Assembly: GCA_028279725.1 (NCBI GenBank)
Contig: JANQNE010000012.1
Span: 71,348-135,347 of the forward strand
Direction of reading: 5' to 3'
DNA length: 64,000 nt
From: Candidatus Nanoarchaeia archaeon
Lineage (GTDB): Archaea > Nanobdellota > Nanobdellia > Woesearchaeales > JANQNE01
The notes beneath the pieces were generated by a model. The model was not told the origin of the DNA and made no database searches. It saw only the letters and a list, made by a program, of their open reading frames with translations. Every line of letters starts with the position of its first letter. The stretch's first letter is position 1. Below are positions 43,793-53,030 of the stretch, one piece after another. Both the position numbers and the translations under genes were made by a program.

Positions 43793-45453
43793 CTTTTCTC
43801 ACCTTGTTTAGCTCTTTCTTTTTCTACGATATGCTGTGTAAGCATGTTAAGTGTCTTTCCTCCGTTAATCTCATCGTCTTTGCTGTATTTCTTCCTGTCT
43901 TCTTCTCCTCCAACCAGATGATAGTCTCCTGACTTTGGATTTTTGAAAACAGTAAAGAATCCGTCTCCATTGATTGTCTGTATTCCTGAAACTTCTCTTA
44001 TGATCCTGTTTTCGTCAAAGTAAGTCTGCCTTGCAATTTCACCTATGTAATCATCAAATACGCTGATAGGGATGTCTTCTCCACGATCTCCTTTTATAAC
44101 TCTTGAAAGAGTGTTTCTCATCTCTTTAATCTCTGAGTTTGATTTATGTTCTGGAGTCTGGAACTTGACTATTCCATCTTCTCCAAAATAATTTATATCT
44201 ACACCAAGATCATAATGGGCTCTTGTGATCATATCTGCTAAATATCCCATGGCCTTTTCTACCTTATTTTTGATCTCTCTTGCATCTACGCATCCAGATC
44301 CTACTCTGTTCATGACAACATAAACCTCATTAAATCTTCCCATAGCTTTCTTTATCCTGTCATTGATCTGTAATCTTTGCTCATCTGAGAATTCTGATTT
44401 GTTCAAGCTTTGGTATTCTGCTCTTAGCTCTTCCACTTTAGCTTTAGATTCATCATCATCCTTAAGACCATACTCACCTATCTTTCTCTGTATCTCTGAT
44501 AATCTTTCTGAGTTTTCAGGAGCTTTAGTGAAATATTCAAAGAAATCTGCATGTGATGTTCCTTCAGCGTTGAATACATCCATAACTTTTTTGTCAAGTC
44601 CGTCCTCTGCTGAGAACTCTTCTTTGATAGCATTGTTTATGCTGTACTCCAGGATCTTAAGTGCTGCATCCATTGATGCATCGTCATGGTTAACTACTAA
44701 AACTTTATAATCAGCATTGAGGAATGTGTTAACCTTGTGATCTTCACTTCCAGCTCCACAGTCATCAACTGTTATGTTGTCTTTTTCTGCTATGTTGTCA
44801 TAAAACTGGTTAAGCTTTTCTGCGAATAGAGGATAATTTTTCTGTAAGTTTGCTAAGTTCTGATCGTCTTCTGCAACAACAACTCCTAAGTTTTCTATGT
44901 TTGTTGTATTAAGCAATCCTTTAAGGTTTACTTTGTTATCAAGAATATCACTTAATCTGTTTCTTACAACTTGTCTAGCATCGTCGCTGTCCAGTCTTTT
45001 AAGGATTTTTAACACATCATCTCCTTCAACAAATGAATCAATATTTCTGTAGGATCCTTTGTTTTCGATATTTAACAGAGATTCAACAAGTTGCTGAGGT
45101 TCTCTTGTATCTCCTGTAGAATGTGCAAGTTTTTCCATAGCAAGAAGTAGTTCGTGACCACCCACATCATCTTTTTTTGCATCTTTAATATTTTGAATCA
45201 AGACTGATTCAATATCTTTTATCTTTTTGTGAATAGGAATATACTCCTCTAATGGCTCGTGCATCAGAGTCCGATTTATTATGTTAGATTGGAATACGTC
45301 TAGACCATTTGGATCTTCTAGGTCTCTCTCGATATAAACAACATTATATCCCTGAACTGCTAAAGATACTGCTGAATTAGCTGCTACTGTAGTCTTACCA
45401 GTACCACCTTTAGAACCTGAAAATGCTATTTTTACCATCGTATCTTCCTCCAA
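43789..45453 (-). CDS. Atypical ParA/MinD-like (SIMIBI, deviant Walker A) ATPase with a large internal insertion and a C-terminal extension
   Basis: KIAFSGSKGGTGKTTVAANSAVSLAVQGYNVVYIERDLEDPNG is a deviant Walker A. A Walker-B-like ITVDDCGAGSED appears only about 180 aa later. An additional C-terminal ~250 aa is present. There is a 4-nt overlap with the downstream gene. Confidence 0.65.
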   Translation of the reverse strand: MEEDTMVKIAFSGSKGGTGKTTVAANSAVSLAVQGYNVVYIERDLEDPNGLDVFQSNIINRTLMHEPLEEYIPIHKKIKDIESVLIQNIKDAKKDDVGGHELLLAMEKLAHSTGDTREPQQLVESLLNIENKGSYRNIDSFVEGDDVLKILKRLDSDDARQVVRNRLSDILDNKVNLKGLLNTTNIENLGVVVAEDDQNLANLQKNYPLFAEKLNQFYDNIAEKDNITVDDCGAGSEDHKVNTFLNADYKVLVVNHDDASMDAALKILEYSINNAIKEEFSAEDGLDKKVMDVFNAEGTSHADFFEYFTKAPENSERLSEIQRKIGEYGLKDDDESKAKVEELRAEYQSLNKSEFSDEQRLQINDRIKKAMGRFNEVYVVMNRVGSGCVDAREIKNKVEKAMGYLADMITRAHYDLGVDINYFGEDGIVKFQTPEHKSNSEIKEMRNTLSRVIKGDRGEDIPISVFDDYIGEIARQTYFDENRIIREVSGIQTINGDGFFTVFKNPKSGDYHLVGGEEDRKKYSKDDEINGGKTLNMLTQHIVEKERAKQGEKR

Positions 45454-45693
45454 GTCTCTGTATCCAAACCCTCACATATCTATAGTCATAATATTACTAC
45501 CAGTTAGTAAGTATAACTTATATATAAATCTTTTGTTTTTATTACTACATTGTAGGGGCAACAACTGGTTTGGTGACATAATTATGATGGCAAAAGCTTT
45601 TTAAATAAAAGCTTTCTCCTCCTCTGTAAGAATAGATGTGGGCGATAGCTTGCCTGAATATTCTTGAAATGTAAATAATGGAGGCTAAGAAAA

Positions 45694-46269
45694 ATGGGAT
45701 ATTTGAAATATGTAAGAGACCTTTGGAAGAAGCCAAAGGAGAGTTTGAAAGGACTTCTAACTGAGAGGATCATTAAATGGAGAAGAGAGCCGACTACTGT
45801 TAGGTTGGAGAAGCCAACAAGGATAGACAGAGCTAGATCATTGGGATATAAGGCTAAGCAGGGATTTATTGTTGTTAGGCAGAGAGTTGACAGAGGCGGA
45901 AGGATGAGGCCTAATATCACTGGCGGAAGAAGGCCAAAGCATAACAGGCAGAGCATGGTCTTAGATAAAAGCTATAAGCAGGTTGCTGAAGAAAGAGCTA
46001 GCATGAAGTTTAGGAATTGTGAAGTGCTTAACAGCTATCTTGTTGGTAAAGATGGACTGTATTATTGGTATGAAGTTATTCTTGTTGATAGAGCAAGTCC
46101 TACAATAAAAACAGATCCAAGGATAAACTGGATATGTGATAAGAAAGGAAGAGCGCAAAGAGGATTAACATCTGCTGGAAAGAAATCAAGAGGCCTAAGG
46201 AATAAGGGCAAGGGAGCAGAAAAGTTAAGGCCAAGCAGAAGCGCTAATCTTAAGAAAAGGGGAAAATAA
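45694..46269 (+). CDS. rpl15e: Ribosomal protein L15e
   Basis: [16 protein letters not shown]..., [19 protein letters not shown], basic tail. Confidence 0.85.
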   Translation: MGYLKYVRDLWKKPKESLKGLLTERIIKWRREPTTVRLEKPTRIDRARSLGYKAKQGFIVVRQRVDRGGRMRPNITGGRRPKHNRQSMVLDKSYKQVAEERASMKFRNCEVLNSYLVGKDGLYYWYEVILVDRASPTIKTDPRINWICDKKGRAQRGLTSAGKKSRGLRNKGKGAEKLRPSRSANLKKRGK

Positions 46270-46281
46270 TTCCCTTATTTT

Positions 46282-47103
46282 TTATCCACGCGGATTCTTA
46301 AATTTATGTTTAAATAAGTAGGGAACACCAAATGCTTCTACAAAATGAGGCATTGAAACATATTTTTTGTTGTTTGTGTAGTTTCCAGAGAATATGTTTT
46401 CTTTTAATGACGAGATTATTGTTTTTCCTGATGAAAGGTTCAAGTTAGTCTCTATGTTTGATGTCCCTATTGCGTTTAATAGTCTTTTATTTCTTGCATG
46501 TATGTCTGAATCTGCAACAAGAGGGATATTATAACCGTTAGATTTCAGTGCTTTTGAGAACAGATCTGTCTTTTTGTTTACATCACTTCCACCGATAAGC
46601 TTTCTAGTTATTGGCTTGCAATAAGCATTCCATTCTAAAGCAAGATTACCTGAATAGTTTTCACATATAGCGATGACCTTGTATTCCTTTTGCTGTGATA
46701 TCTCTCTTCTTACATTTCTGTTGTCAACAAAAGGATGGTCAAATATCACCAAAGCTCCGTCTTCCAGAGCTGTGTTCATTGTCTGCATTATCTCTTGATT
46801 CGGTTTTACCCTATCAGACCCGATTATAATCAGATGAAAGTTATCTGATGTTGCAAGTTCTATGGATCTTAGAAGGTAAAGATCTTTGTCTCCTTTTGAG
46901 ACTGAAATCGCATAATTGTCAGAACCATTAAACCTGTATTTTGTCTTTTCTGCTCTTTTTTGAATATCTGGAAATATGTGCTGGTTTAGATTTTCCAGGC
47001 CAAGGATCTGTATGTCTCTTTTGTCCATAGCATCAAATACATCATCAATAGTGTAAGAATCAAAGAATGGGTGGGTGTGGAGCTCTATTTTTTGTTGTAT
47101 CAT
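46282..47103 (-). CDS. PHP-like metal-dependent phosphoesterase (predicted)
   Basis: N-terminal IELHTHPFFD plus a later VADSDIHA motif. Confidence 0.4.
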   Translation of the reverse strand: MIQQKIELHTHPFFDSYTIDDVFDAMDKRDIQILGLENLNQHIFPDIQKRAEKTKYRFNGSDNYAISVSKGDKDLYLLRSIELATSDNFHLIIIGSDRVKPNQEIMQTMNTALEDGALVIFDHPFVDNRNVRREISQQKEYKVIAICENYSGNLALEWNAYCKPITRKLIGGSDVNKKTDLFSKALKSNGYNIPLVADSDIHARNKRLLNAIGTSNIETNLNLSSGKTIISSLKENIFSGNYTNNKKYVSMPHFVEAFGVPYLFKHKFKNPRG

Positions 47104-47123
47104 CTATCAAAACCCCAAAGATA

Positions 47124-47375
47124 TTAAAATTTATTCCATAATGTTAATCTGTCCTGAGCTTCTCCTTCATCTCTGTGAATCTTGCAGCCCATCTGATTGT
47201 TGATCTCTGTCTTATAATCTTCATCCATAGGGTCCCGGTAGTTTGTATTTTCTGGTTTTTCCTCTACAGGTGCATCTTCTGTCTTTTCTTCAAGTTCTTC
47301 CTGCTTTTCAGACTGTTCAGTATCTTCAACATCTATTGTGTCTGTGAGCATTGAAGCTATTGAGTCAAGATTCAT
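47124..47375 (-). CDS. Small highly acidic hypothetical protein
   Basis: 83 aa, rich in E and D; no motif. Confidence 0.35.
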   Translation of the reverse strand: MNLDSIASMLTDTIDVEDTEQSEKQEELEEKTEDAPVEEKPENTNYRDPMDEDYKTEINNQMGCKIHRDEGEAQDRLTLWNKF

Positions 47376-47752
47376 TTTAGTGATTACCTCTAACTAAAGT
47401 ATAAGAACAATATTTTTACTAACTTCATACCGAATGATATTGTCAGTAGCATTTTTTGATCACCTTCTTTACAAAAATTTGAAATTTTTGACAGTGTTAG
47501 AAATCAGAGATTTCTAAACACCTTTTTGGAAAAAATTGAACGCCCAGGAGATTTCTCGAGGGGGATGGGATGAGAATAAACACCCCTGGGTAGAAGCATA
47601 ATTGCTTCTTTTGTGTTCTTACTAATAGGTAATGAATACTAATATATAAATATTTCGTTTTTTTCGTCACTTTTAGGTAGTTATAGTATTTATTTTCTAT
47701 ATTGTAAATAAAGAAGGAAAAATTTATAAATATCGAATGTATTTGGTGTGAT

Positions 47753-47893
47753 ATGAAGAAATTCAGATGTTCAAAATGTGAGTATGAGTTCTCGCCTAGG
47801 ACTAAGGGTAAAGAAGAGATTCCTCACAGATGTCCTTACTGCGGAAAAGATGGAAGTGTTCAGGAAAAAGGACATATTCTTCAAGAATTATAA
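47753..47893 (+). CDS. Zinc-ribbon mini-protein (46 aa, CxxC...CxxC); not in the ORF track
   Basis: MKKFRCSKCEYEFSPRTKGKEEIPHRCPYCGKDGSVQEKGHILQEL, found by hand translation. Confidence 0.45.
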   Translation: MKKFRCSKCEYEFSPRTKGKEEIPHRCPYCGKDGSVQEKGHILQEL

Positions 47894-48059
47894 AACAGAG
47901 GGATTTTGCCGGATCCGTAGAGCGTTCTATATTTCAAAAACGACTAAAGATTTGCGACAAAACCACCCCTCAGAGTGTATTCTTTGATTTAGAAATATAT
48001 AAAATTATGGGAAGACCTTAAAAAGAGAAATTTTGCCTACTTTAGAGGATTGAAAACCA

Positions 48060-49109
48060 CTACTTTTCCCTGTTGATTGTGTAATCCAGAATCTCTTTGA
48101 ATATTCTTTTGTAGTCTGAATCTGGAAGAGCCCTGTCTACTTTTTGTTTTGCTTCATCAATCAAATAATGGGCGAACTGCATACCTTCATCAAAGGATCC
48201 ATACTTGTCTATTATCGAGATCGCTCTTTTAATCTCTTCTTCATCTTTTGTGTTTGAATTGAGGATATCTGTAAGTGTTTTTTTATCATCTGGGTCTGCT
48301 TTATTTAATGTGTCAATTGCAAAAAAGGTTGCTTTTCCTTCTGTGATGTCTTCTCCTGTCTCTTTACCCCAGACTCCTTCAGTTGGTTTTAGGTTAAGGT
48401 AATCATCTCTTATCTGGAATCCCATGCCTGCGTTTGTTGCAATGGTTCCAAGATTGTCCAACACTTGGCTGTCTGCATCTGCTAAGATTCCTCCTATCTT
48501 TGCTGCAATAGTCATAAGCGCTCCTGTCTTGTAAGCACACATCTGAAGATAGTCTGCTAACTTAACATCTTGATTTGGATTTTCACTCCAGTCTATATCC
48601 ATACCCTGACCCATATGGACCTGAGTTCCTTCTCTAGCGATAACATCATACATCTTTGCTTTTTTTTCGCAAGGAAGATCACTGTTTGCTATCATCAATT
48701 GAGGATAGAAGTAAAGGAAGTTTCCTCCGTTTACTGCGATAGGAATTCCTATAAGCTTGTGGACTGTTGGCTTTTCTCTTCTTTTCTCAGAACTGTCTTC
48801 TATATCATCAATTATCAGAGTTCCTGTGTGTATTATTTCAGGGATTGCTGAGAATTTGTATATATCTTCTGAAGTTCCTGCTAAAGCATCGTGAGTTAGA
48901 CAAGTAATAACAGGTCTTATCCTTTTTCCTCCTCTTCTGAAAAGTTCATAGAATGATTTAGAACAAGCAGTATTCCATGTGTCTGGGCTTATAGAATACC
49001 TTGCATTGCCTATGTTGTTCTCAACCCATATTTGATCAGCATGTTCTGGAAGATTATCTTTAATAGCTTCTTTTATCTTCGGCAAAACCTGCTCCATATA
49101 CCTCCTCAT
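48060..49109 (-). CDS. idsA: Polyprenyl synthase (geranylgeranyl diphosphate synthase-like)
   Basis: FARM LIIDDIEDSSEKRRE and SARM GFQIRDDYLN. Confidence 0.8.
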   Translation of the reverse strand: MRRYMEQVLPKIKEAIKDNLPEHADQIWVENNIGNARYSISPDTWNTACSKSFYELFRRGGKRIRPVITCLTHDALAGTSEDIYKFSAIPEIIHTGTLIIDDIEDSSEKRREKPTVHKLIGIPIAVNGGNFLYFYPQLMIANSDLPCEKKAKMYDVIAREGTQVHMGQGMDIDWSENPNQDVKLADYLQMCAYKTGALMTIAAKIGGILADADSQVLDNLGTIATNAGMGFQIRDDYLNLKPTEGVWGKETGEDITEGKATFFAIDTLNKADPDDKKTLTDILNSNTKDEEEIKRAISIIDKYGSFDEGMQFAHYLIDEAKQKVDRALPDSDYKRIFKEILDYTINREK

Positions 49110-49151
49110 ACCATTCTAGAATAGTAAATTCTATATAAATTTAACTGAGAA

Positions 49152-49316
49152 TTACTTTGCTAAATAAGGGATTCCTTTGTATGCTATGATTCCTGAGATT
49201 ATAGCTATGCTCCAGAAGGCTGCAGCTGGTATCCTTCTTGTTACATAAAGAAAAAAAGAAGCTATCAAAAGAACTGCGCATGCTGATGCTAATGTTTTAA
49301 GATGTTGAGGTTTCAT
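49152..49316 (-). CDS. Small membrane protein (about 55 aa), coupled to pspC by a 4-nt overlap
   Basis: MKPQHLKTLASACAVLLIASFFLYVTRRIPAAAFWSIAIISGIIAY...; taken from the internal Met of the 49152..49454 ORF. Confidence 0.35.
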   Translation of the reverse strand: MKPQHLKTLASACAVLLIASFFLYVTRRIPAAAFWSIAIISGIIAYKGIPYLAK

Positions 49317-49522
49317 CTTTTTTCCGGAATGACTGCTGCGCAGATGAAGTATGCAATTGTTCCTGGGAGCACTCCAGTGAATATTGTTCCAAGGATCCAT
49401 ATAACTCTTATGATTACAGGATCTATGTTGAAGTATTCTCCGATACCTCCGCAAACTCCAAGCAAAACCCTGTTTTTCTTGCTCCTGTATAATCTTTTTT
49501 CATTTTTTGTCAATCTTACCAC
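49313..49522 (-). CDS. pspC: PspC-domain protein
   Basis: LYRSKKNRVLLGVCGGIGEYFNIDPVIIRVIWIL is the PspC N-terminal domain signature. Confidence 0.7.
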   Translation of the reverse strand: MVRLTKNEKRLYRSKKNRVLLGVCGGIGEYFNIDPVIIRVIWILGTIFTGVLPGTIAYFICAAVIPEKR

Positions 49523-50150
49523 CCAATTTCTGAAATTGTTTGTATGAATATATGATTATTACAACTATTGTTGTTATTAAGATTATTAACAGATACCAGA
49601 CAAACCAGATTGGCTTTAGCAATGCTGCCAACATAAGGACTGCTGATACTCTGAAGAGTATGCTTGCCAACTTATGTGTCTTATTCCATACTTTTTCATT
49701 GCTCAGTGTCCATGGTGTCCTTATGCCGATAAAGAAGTTTCTTTTGAAGAACTGCATTATGTGGCCTATATAGTAGAACAGTATTGCCAGAACAATTATC
49801 ATAAACATAGTTATGTTTAATTTTATCCCGAAGTTTATGAGAAGTGTTATTATATATAGTGAAGCTAAGAAAGAGATCATTATGATCTTGAATCCGTGAT
49901 AGTATTTCTCGAATTTCCTGAAATTATCCTTATATACCATTACTTTTGGAATGAATAAGAATGCCCAGTACATGAAAGCTACTACAAGAGGCATTATCAA
50001 TAAGCCTACAAATTTCGGGCCATAACTGTCTATCTCACCTTTAGTGTTCCAGTGTATAGGCATACGGTCAGGCATAGAAGGATATAATGTGATACCTACT
50101 ATGAACATTAACACTATAATTGAAATTGGTAAAATCTCTCTTTTTTCCAT
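49500..50150 (-). CDS. SdpI/YhfL-like (DUF1648-type) polytopic membrane protein
   Basis: MPIHWNTKGEIDSYGPKF and multiple TM helices. Confidence 0.5.
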   Translation of the reverse strand: MEKREILPISIIVLMFIVGITLYPSMPDRMPIHWNTKGEIDSYGPKFVGLLIMPLVVAFMYWAFLFIPKVMVYKDNFRKFEKYYHGFKIIMISFLASLYIITLLINFGIKLNITMFMIIVLAILFYYIGHIMQFFKRNFFIGIRTPWTLSNEKVWNKTHKLASILFRVSAVLMLAALLKPIWFVWYLLIILITTIVVIIIYSYKQFQKLGGKIDKK

Positions 50151-50166
50151 ATTAAATAAAAAAGAA

Positions 50167-50313
50167 TTATTTATTTGGTAAGAATTTACAGACAGTTGTG
50201 CCGCATGACGGGCATTTGCCTTTCATCATCTTTCTTCCATTCTTTGTTGTTGTCTCTTTTCCATCTGCAATCTCAACAGATGCTTTACATTTTACGCAAT
50301 AACCTTGTACCAT
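50167..50313 (-). CDS. Cys4 zinc-ribbon mini-protein (48 aa); not in the ORF track
   Basis: MVQGYCVKCKASVEIADGKETTTKNGRKMMKGKCPSCGTTVCKFLPNK, found by hand translation. Confidence 0.45.
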   Translation of the reverse strand: MVQGYCVKCKASVEIADGKETTTKNGRKMMKGKCPSCGTTVCKFLPNK

Positions 50314-50373
50314 TTTGAATACCTCCTTTGATGTATGAATAAAAAATGGTTTAAGAGTATATAAATATTGTGG

Positions 50374-51243
50374 TTAATTTGTGTGATTTTGCTTTAAAAT
50401 CAATATCAGAGAACTTACTAAAATCAATAATCCTCCAATAATTTTTGGTATTGTTAGAACTTCATTTAGGATGAAGTATGCTGCAAGAACTGTTATGACA
50501 ACTTCTAAAAGCATGATGATGCTTGTTCTTGATGCTTCTATTTTTCTTGCTCCATAGTAGAATGATAGCAGAGCTAAGTAAGAGAAAAGTATAACATAAA
50601 TCAATACCAATGGAAGCTGAGTTAGACTAGTTAGGGTGTAGCTATGTGGAAGCAAGAAAGCTGCAACTACTGTGCTTACTGAAAAGTTCCAGAAATATAT
50701 AGTGAATTGTGATTCTTTCTGCAGCCTTCTTGTAGCTATGATCATCATAGCATAAGTTACTGCTGAGATTACTGCTAAGATGTTTCCCCAGTTTGTGAGA
50801 TCTAATCCGTTTGAGATAAGTTTTACATTGAATACTAAAGAGATCCCTATGATTGAAATGACTAACGCAAGGAATTTCCATTTTGTTATCTTTTCTTTTA
50901 ACAGGAATATTGCTATAAGGAATGCGAAGATCGGCATAGTATAATGTAAGAATACTGCATTTGTGACGGTTGTGAATTTGAAAGCGTATAAGTAAGAATA
51001 ACCTGTGAGATTACCAAAGACTGCTACTGTTAAAAACCATTTCAGATCCTGTTTTTTTGGTTTGAAGTTTATGTGTTTCCTGTTGAATAAAAGAACCAGC
51101 AAAGTTCCTATCGCTACAGAGAAGAAAGTAACAGTTATTACACTAATACCTGTTGCATAGATTGTCTTTAACAGAACACCCCCAAAACCCCAGATAACTG
51201 CTGAGAGGATTATTGCTAATGTTCCTTTTGTTGTGTCTTTCAT
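50374..51243 (-). CDS. EamA/DMT-superfamily transporter (10 TM)
   Basis: Two repeated 5-TM halves, with LAIILSAVIWGFGGVLLK in the first. Confidence 0.65.
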   Translation of the reverse strand: MKDTTKGTLAIILSAVIWGFGGVLLKTIYATGISVITVTFFSVAIGTLLVLLFNRKHINFKPKKQDLKWFLTVAVFGNLTGYSYLYAFKFTTVTNAVFLHYTMPIFAFLIAIFLLKEKITKWKFLALVISIIGISLVFNVKLISNGLDLTNWGNILAVISAVTYAMMIIATRRLQKESQFTIYFWNFSVSTVVAAFLLPHSYTLTSLTQLPLVLIYVILFSYLALLSFYYGARKIEASRTSIIMLLEVVITVLAAYFILNEVLTIPKIIGGLLILVSSLILILKQNHTN

Positions 51244-51244
51244 C

Positions 51245-51709
51245 TTAGTAAGCTGGCTGTAAAATTGCTTTTAATCTTTCTTTTTCTGGCTTTATTGTTC
51301 TTCCTGGATGCGAGATTATACGGAAATGTCCATTTGGCAGATGCACTGATCTCTTTGGGCAATAAAGTCCATGGACATAATCTAGAACTTCACGATCATT
51401 AAATCTTTGAGGTATCTTCCTGAATCCTGCAGAACAATCAAAGGCATATGTCCATGCTTTTCCGTCTCTGTCCTGGAGAATAAGTTCATCTTTATCATAT
51501 CCCAATGTGCTTTCCAGGCCTGCTAATTCTGGAAGTGCTATTTCTGGGTTTCTGTATCTTACATTATGGATTATCGCTTGTGATGTATACTTAGGATCAG
51601 CATTATTTAGCATGTCCTCTACAGAAGTGAAATGCCTTAATGGTGTTATATTGAATTCTCCTTCACGTATGATGGAGTATAATGCTTTTGCGATGTCTCT
51701 TATTTTCAT
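51245..51709 (-). CDS. Hypothetical protein (154 aa)
   Basis: No confident family. The C-terminal ...RSVHLPNGH is weakly reminiscent of phosphotransferase tails. Confidence 0.4.
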   Translation of the reverse strand: MKIRDIAKALYSIIREGEFNITPLRHFTSVEDMLNNADPKYTSQAIIHNVRYRNPEIALPELAGLESTLGYDKDELILQDRDGKAWTYAFDCSAGFRKIPQRFNDREVLDYVHGLYCPKRSVHLPNGHFRIISHPGRTIKPEKERLKAILQPAY

Positions 51710-51785
51710 CTTAGCCTGTTAAATGGTTATCTCTCTTTTTATAAAGATTGTTGTTTTGAAAATAAAAAGATTTATAATAAAGGAA

Positions 51786-52814
51786 ATGAATCGGTATATT
51801 ATGGGTTTTTGGAGAAAATATCACGAGATGTTCACTAAGAAAAAGAGATATAATGTGGACGGAAGGAAGCTGATCGTATTTGATGAGAGTAAGGCAGATG
51901 ATGAAATAAAAAATATAATCAGAGAGTCTTTCTTAGAAGTGTGTAAAAATGATAAGATAGCCAAGAACTTTAGGGTGATAAAGCTAGTGATGCAGGATAA
52001 ATTTGTCGGAATGACGACATTTGGTCCTACACCTGTTTTCCATAGAGGGAATGATGTTTCTCCTGCTATGCTGTTCCATGAGGAATTAAGACAAAATGAA
52101 AAGATGATACATATAAACATACCTAAACTGGAGGAGTTGTTCAGGTATAACTATCATGGCAGTGCATCATTTATGAAAAAGAAAATATGCAGTATCATAG
52201 CTCATGAATTGGCACATATATGGAATTTTTATGTATCTAATATATTATCTAATGGAAGAAAGATTAGTGGAAGATTATCTAATAGAATATCTAGATTAAT
52301 GAAATCTGTTCATATATCTAATGAACAAAAGGAGAATCTTGAAGCTCTTAGAGTCCATATCCATAATTTCAAAGTAGCTATAATGGATGAAGGGCTAGCA
52401 AAATACTATGAACTTGCTTCTCAGAAAGAATTGCCATTTGAAAAATCAAAATTTGATGAGTTATATGTAAAAGCGAAGAATGTATCTGGTGATCTGAAAT
52501 ATATGTGGGGCCATTATATGGGTGGAGATAAGTGGTTTGAAAGTAAATTGTTCTCAGCTATAACTGGGAGAACTGGATTATATCACCATATCGGAATCCA
52601 TGTCGTATACACAATACTATATGCTGACCAGAAGATATCGCTTGATGAAATAAGGAAGATGAGTTATTTTAAGTTTATCAAGAAGTATGAATCGTGCGTT
52701 AAAAAAGAAGGTCAGCAGCCTGTTGTTTCTTTGACAAGCGGAAAAGGAATACTTGATTATAAGAGAATGTTAGATCAGCTGATGAAACTGTATAATTCTT
52801 TGGTTAGAAAATAG
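51786..52814 (+). CDS. Hypothetical protein with a HExxH (zincin-like) motif
   Basis: IAHELAHIWNF. The start was set at the internal Met; the stop abuts tRNA-Gln. Confidence 0.4.
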   Translation: MNRYIMGFWRKYHEMFTKKKRYNVDGRKLIVFDESKADDEIKNIIRESFLEVCKNDKIAKNFRVIKLVMQDKFVGMTTFGPTPVFHRGNDVSPAMLFHEELRQNEKMIHINIPKLEELFRYNYHGSASFMKKKICSIIAHELAHIWNFYVSNILSNGRKISGRLSNRISRLMKSVHISNEQKENLEALRVHIHNFKVAIMDEGLAKYYELASQKELPFEKSKFDELYVKAKNVSGDLKYMWGHYMGGDKWFESKLFSAITGRTGLYHHIGIHVVYTILYADQKISLDEIRKMSYFKFIKKYESCVKKEGQQPVVSLTSGKGILDYKRMLDQLMKLYNSLVRK

Positions 52815-52885
52815 CCCCACCCGGATTCGAACCGAGGTCCTTTGGCCCAGAACCAAAGATGATTGGCCACTACACTATGGGGCTG
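52813..52885 (-). tRNA. tRNA-Gln (anticodon CUG), intronless, with an archaeal-type A1:U72 acceptor pair
   Basis: Manual fold: acceptor AGCCCCA/UGGGGCU, anticodon stem UUUGG/CCAAA with loop UUCUGGG, T-arm CUCGG-UUCGAAU-CCGGG. Confidence 0.7.
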
Positions 52886-53030
52886 TCTGTGACTGGGAGA
52901 AATCGATGGTTTATAAAATGTCTGAATTTTTAAAGGAAAAATTCTGAGCATGCTCAAGAATTAGGGAATTATATGTAAAATAGCTGTTCTTGACACTTTA
53001 GAATTGGAAAAATAAAAAATAAAGAAGAGC

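Noticed and set aside
49152-49454. The 100-aa ORF-track version of the ORF downstream of pspC
   Set aside because: Its N-terminal half (MRRYRRILQHRSCNHKSY...) overlaps pspC out of frame. Only the C-terminal TM-containing 55 aa from the internal Met are retained.
51245-51709. Assignment of the 154-aa protein to the Tpt1/KptA RNA 2'-phosphotransferase family
   Set aside because: It shares only a loose tail similarity (RSVHLP versus RHYVHLS) and an N-terminal helix pattern. The catalytic R-H-R-R tetrad cannot be placed, so it is kept as hypothetical.
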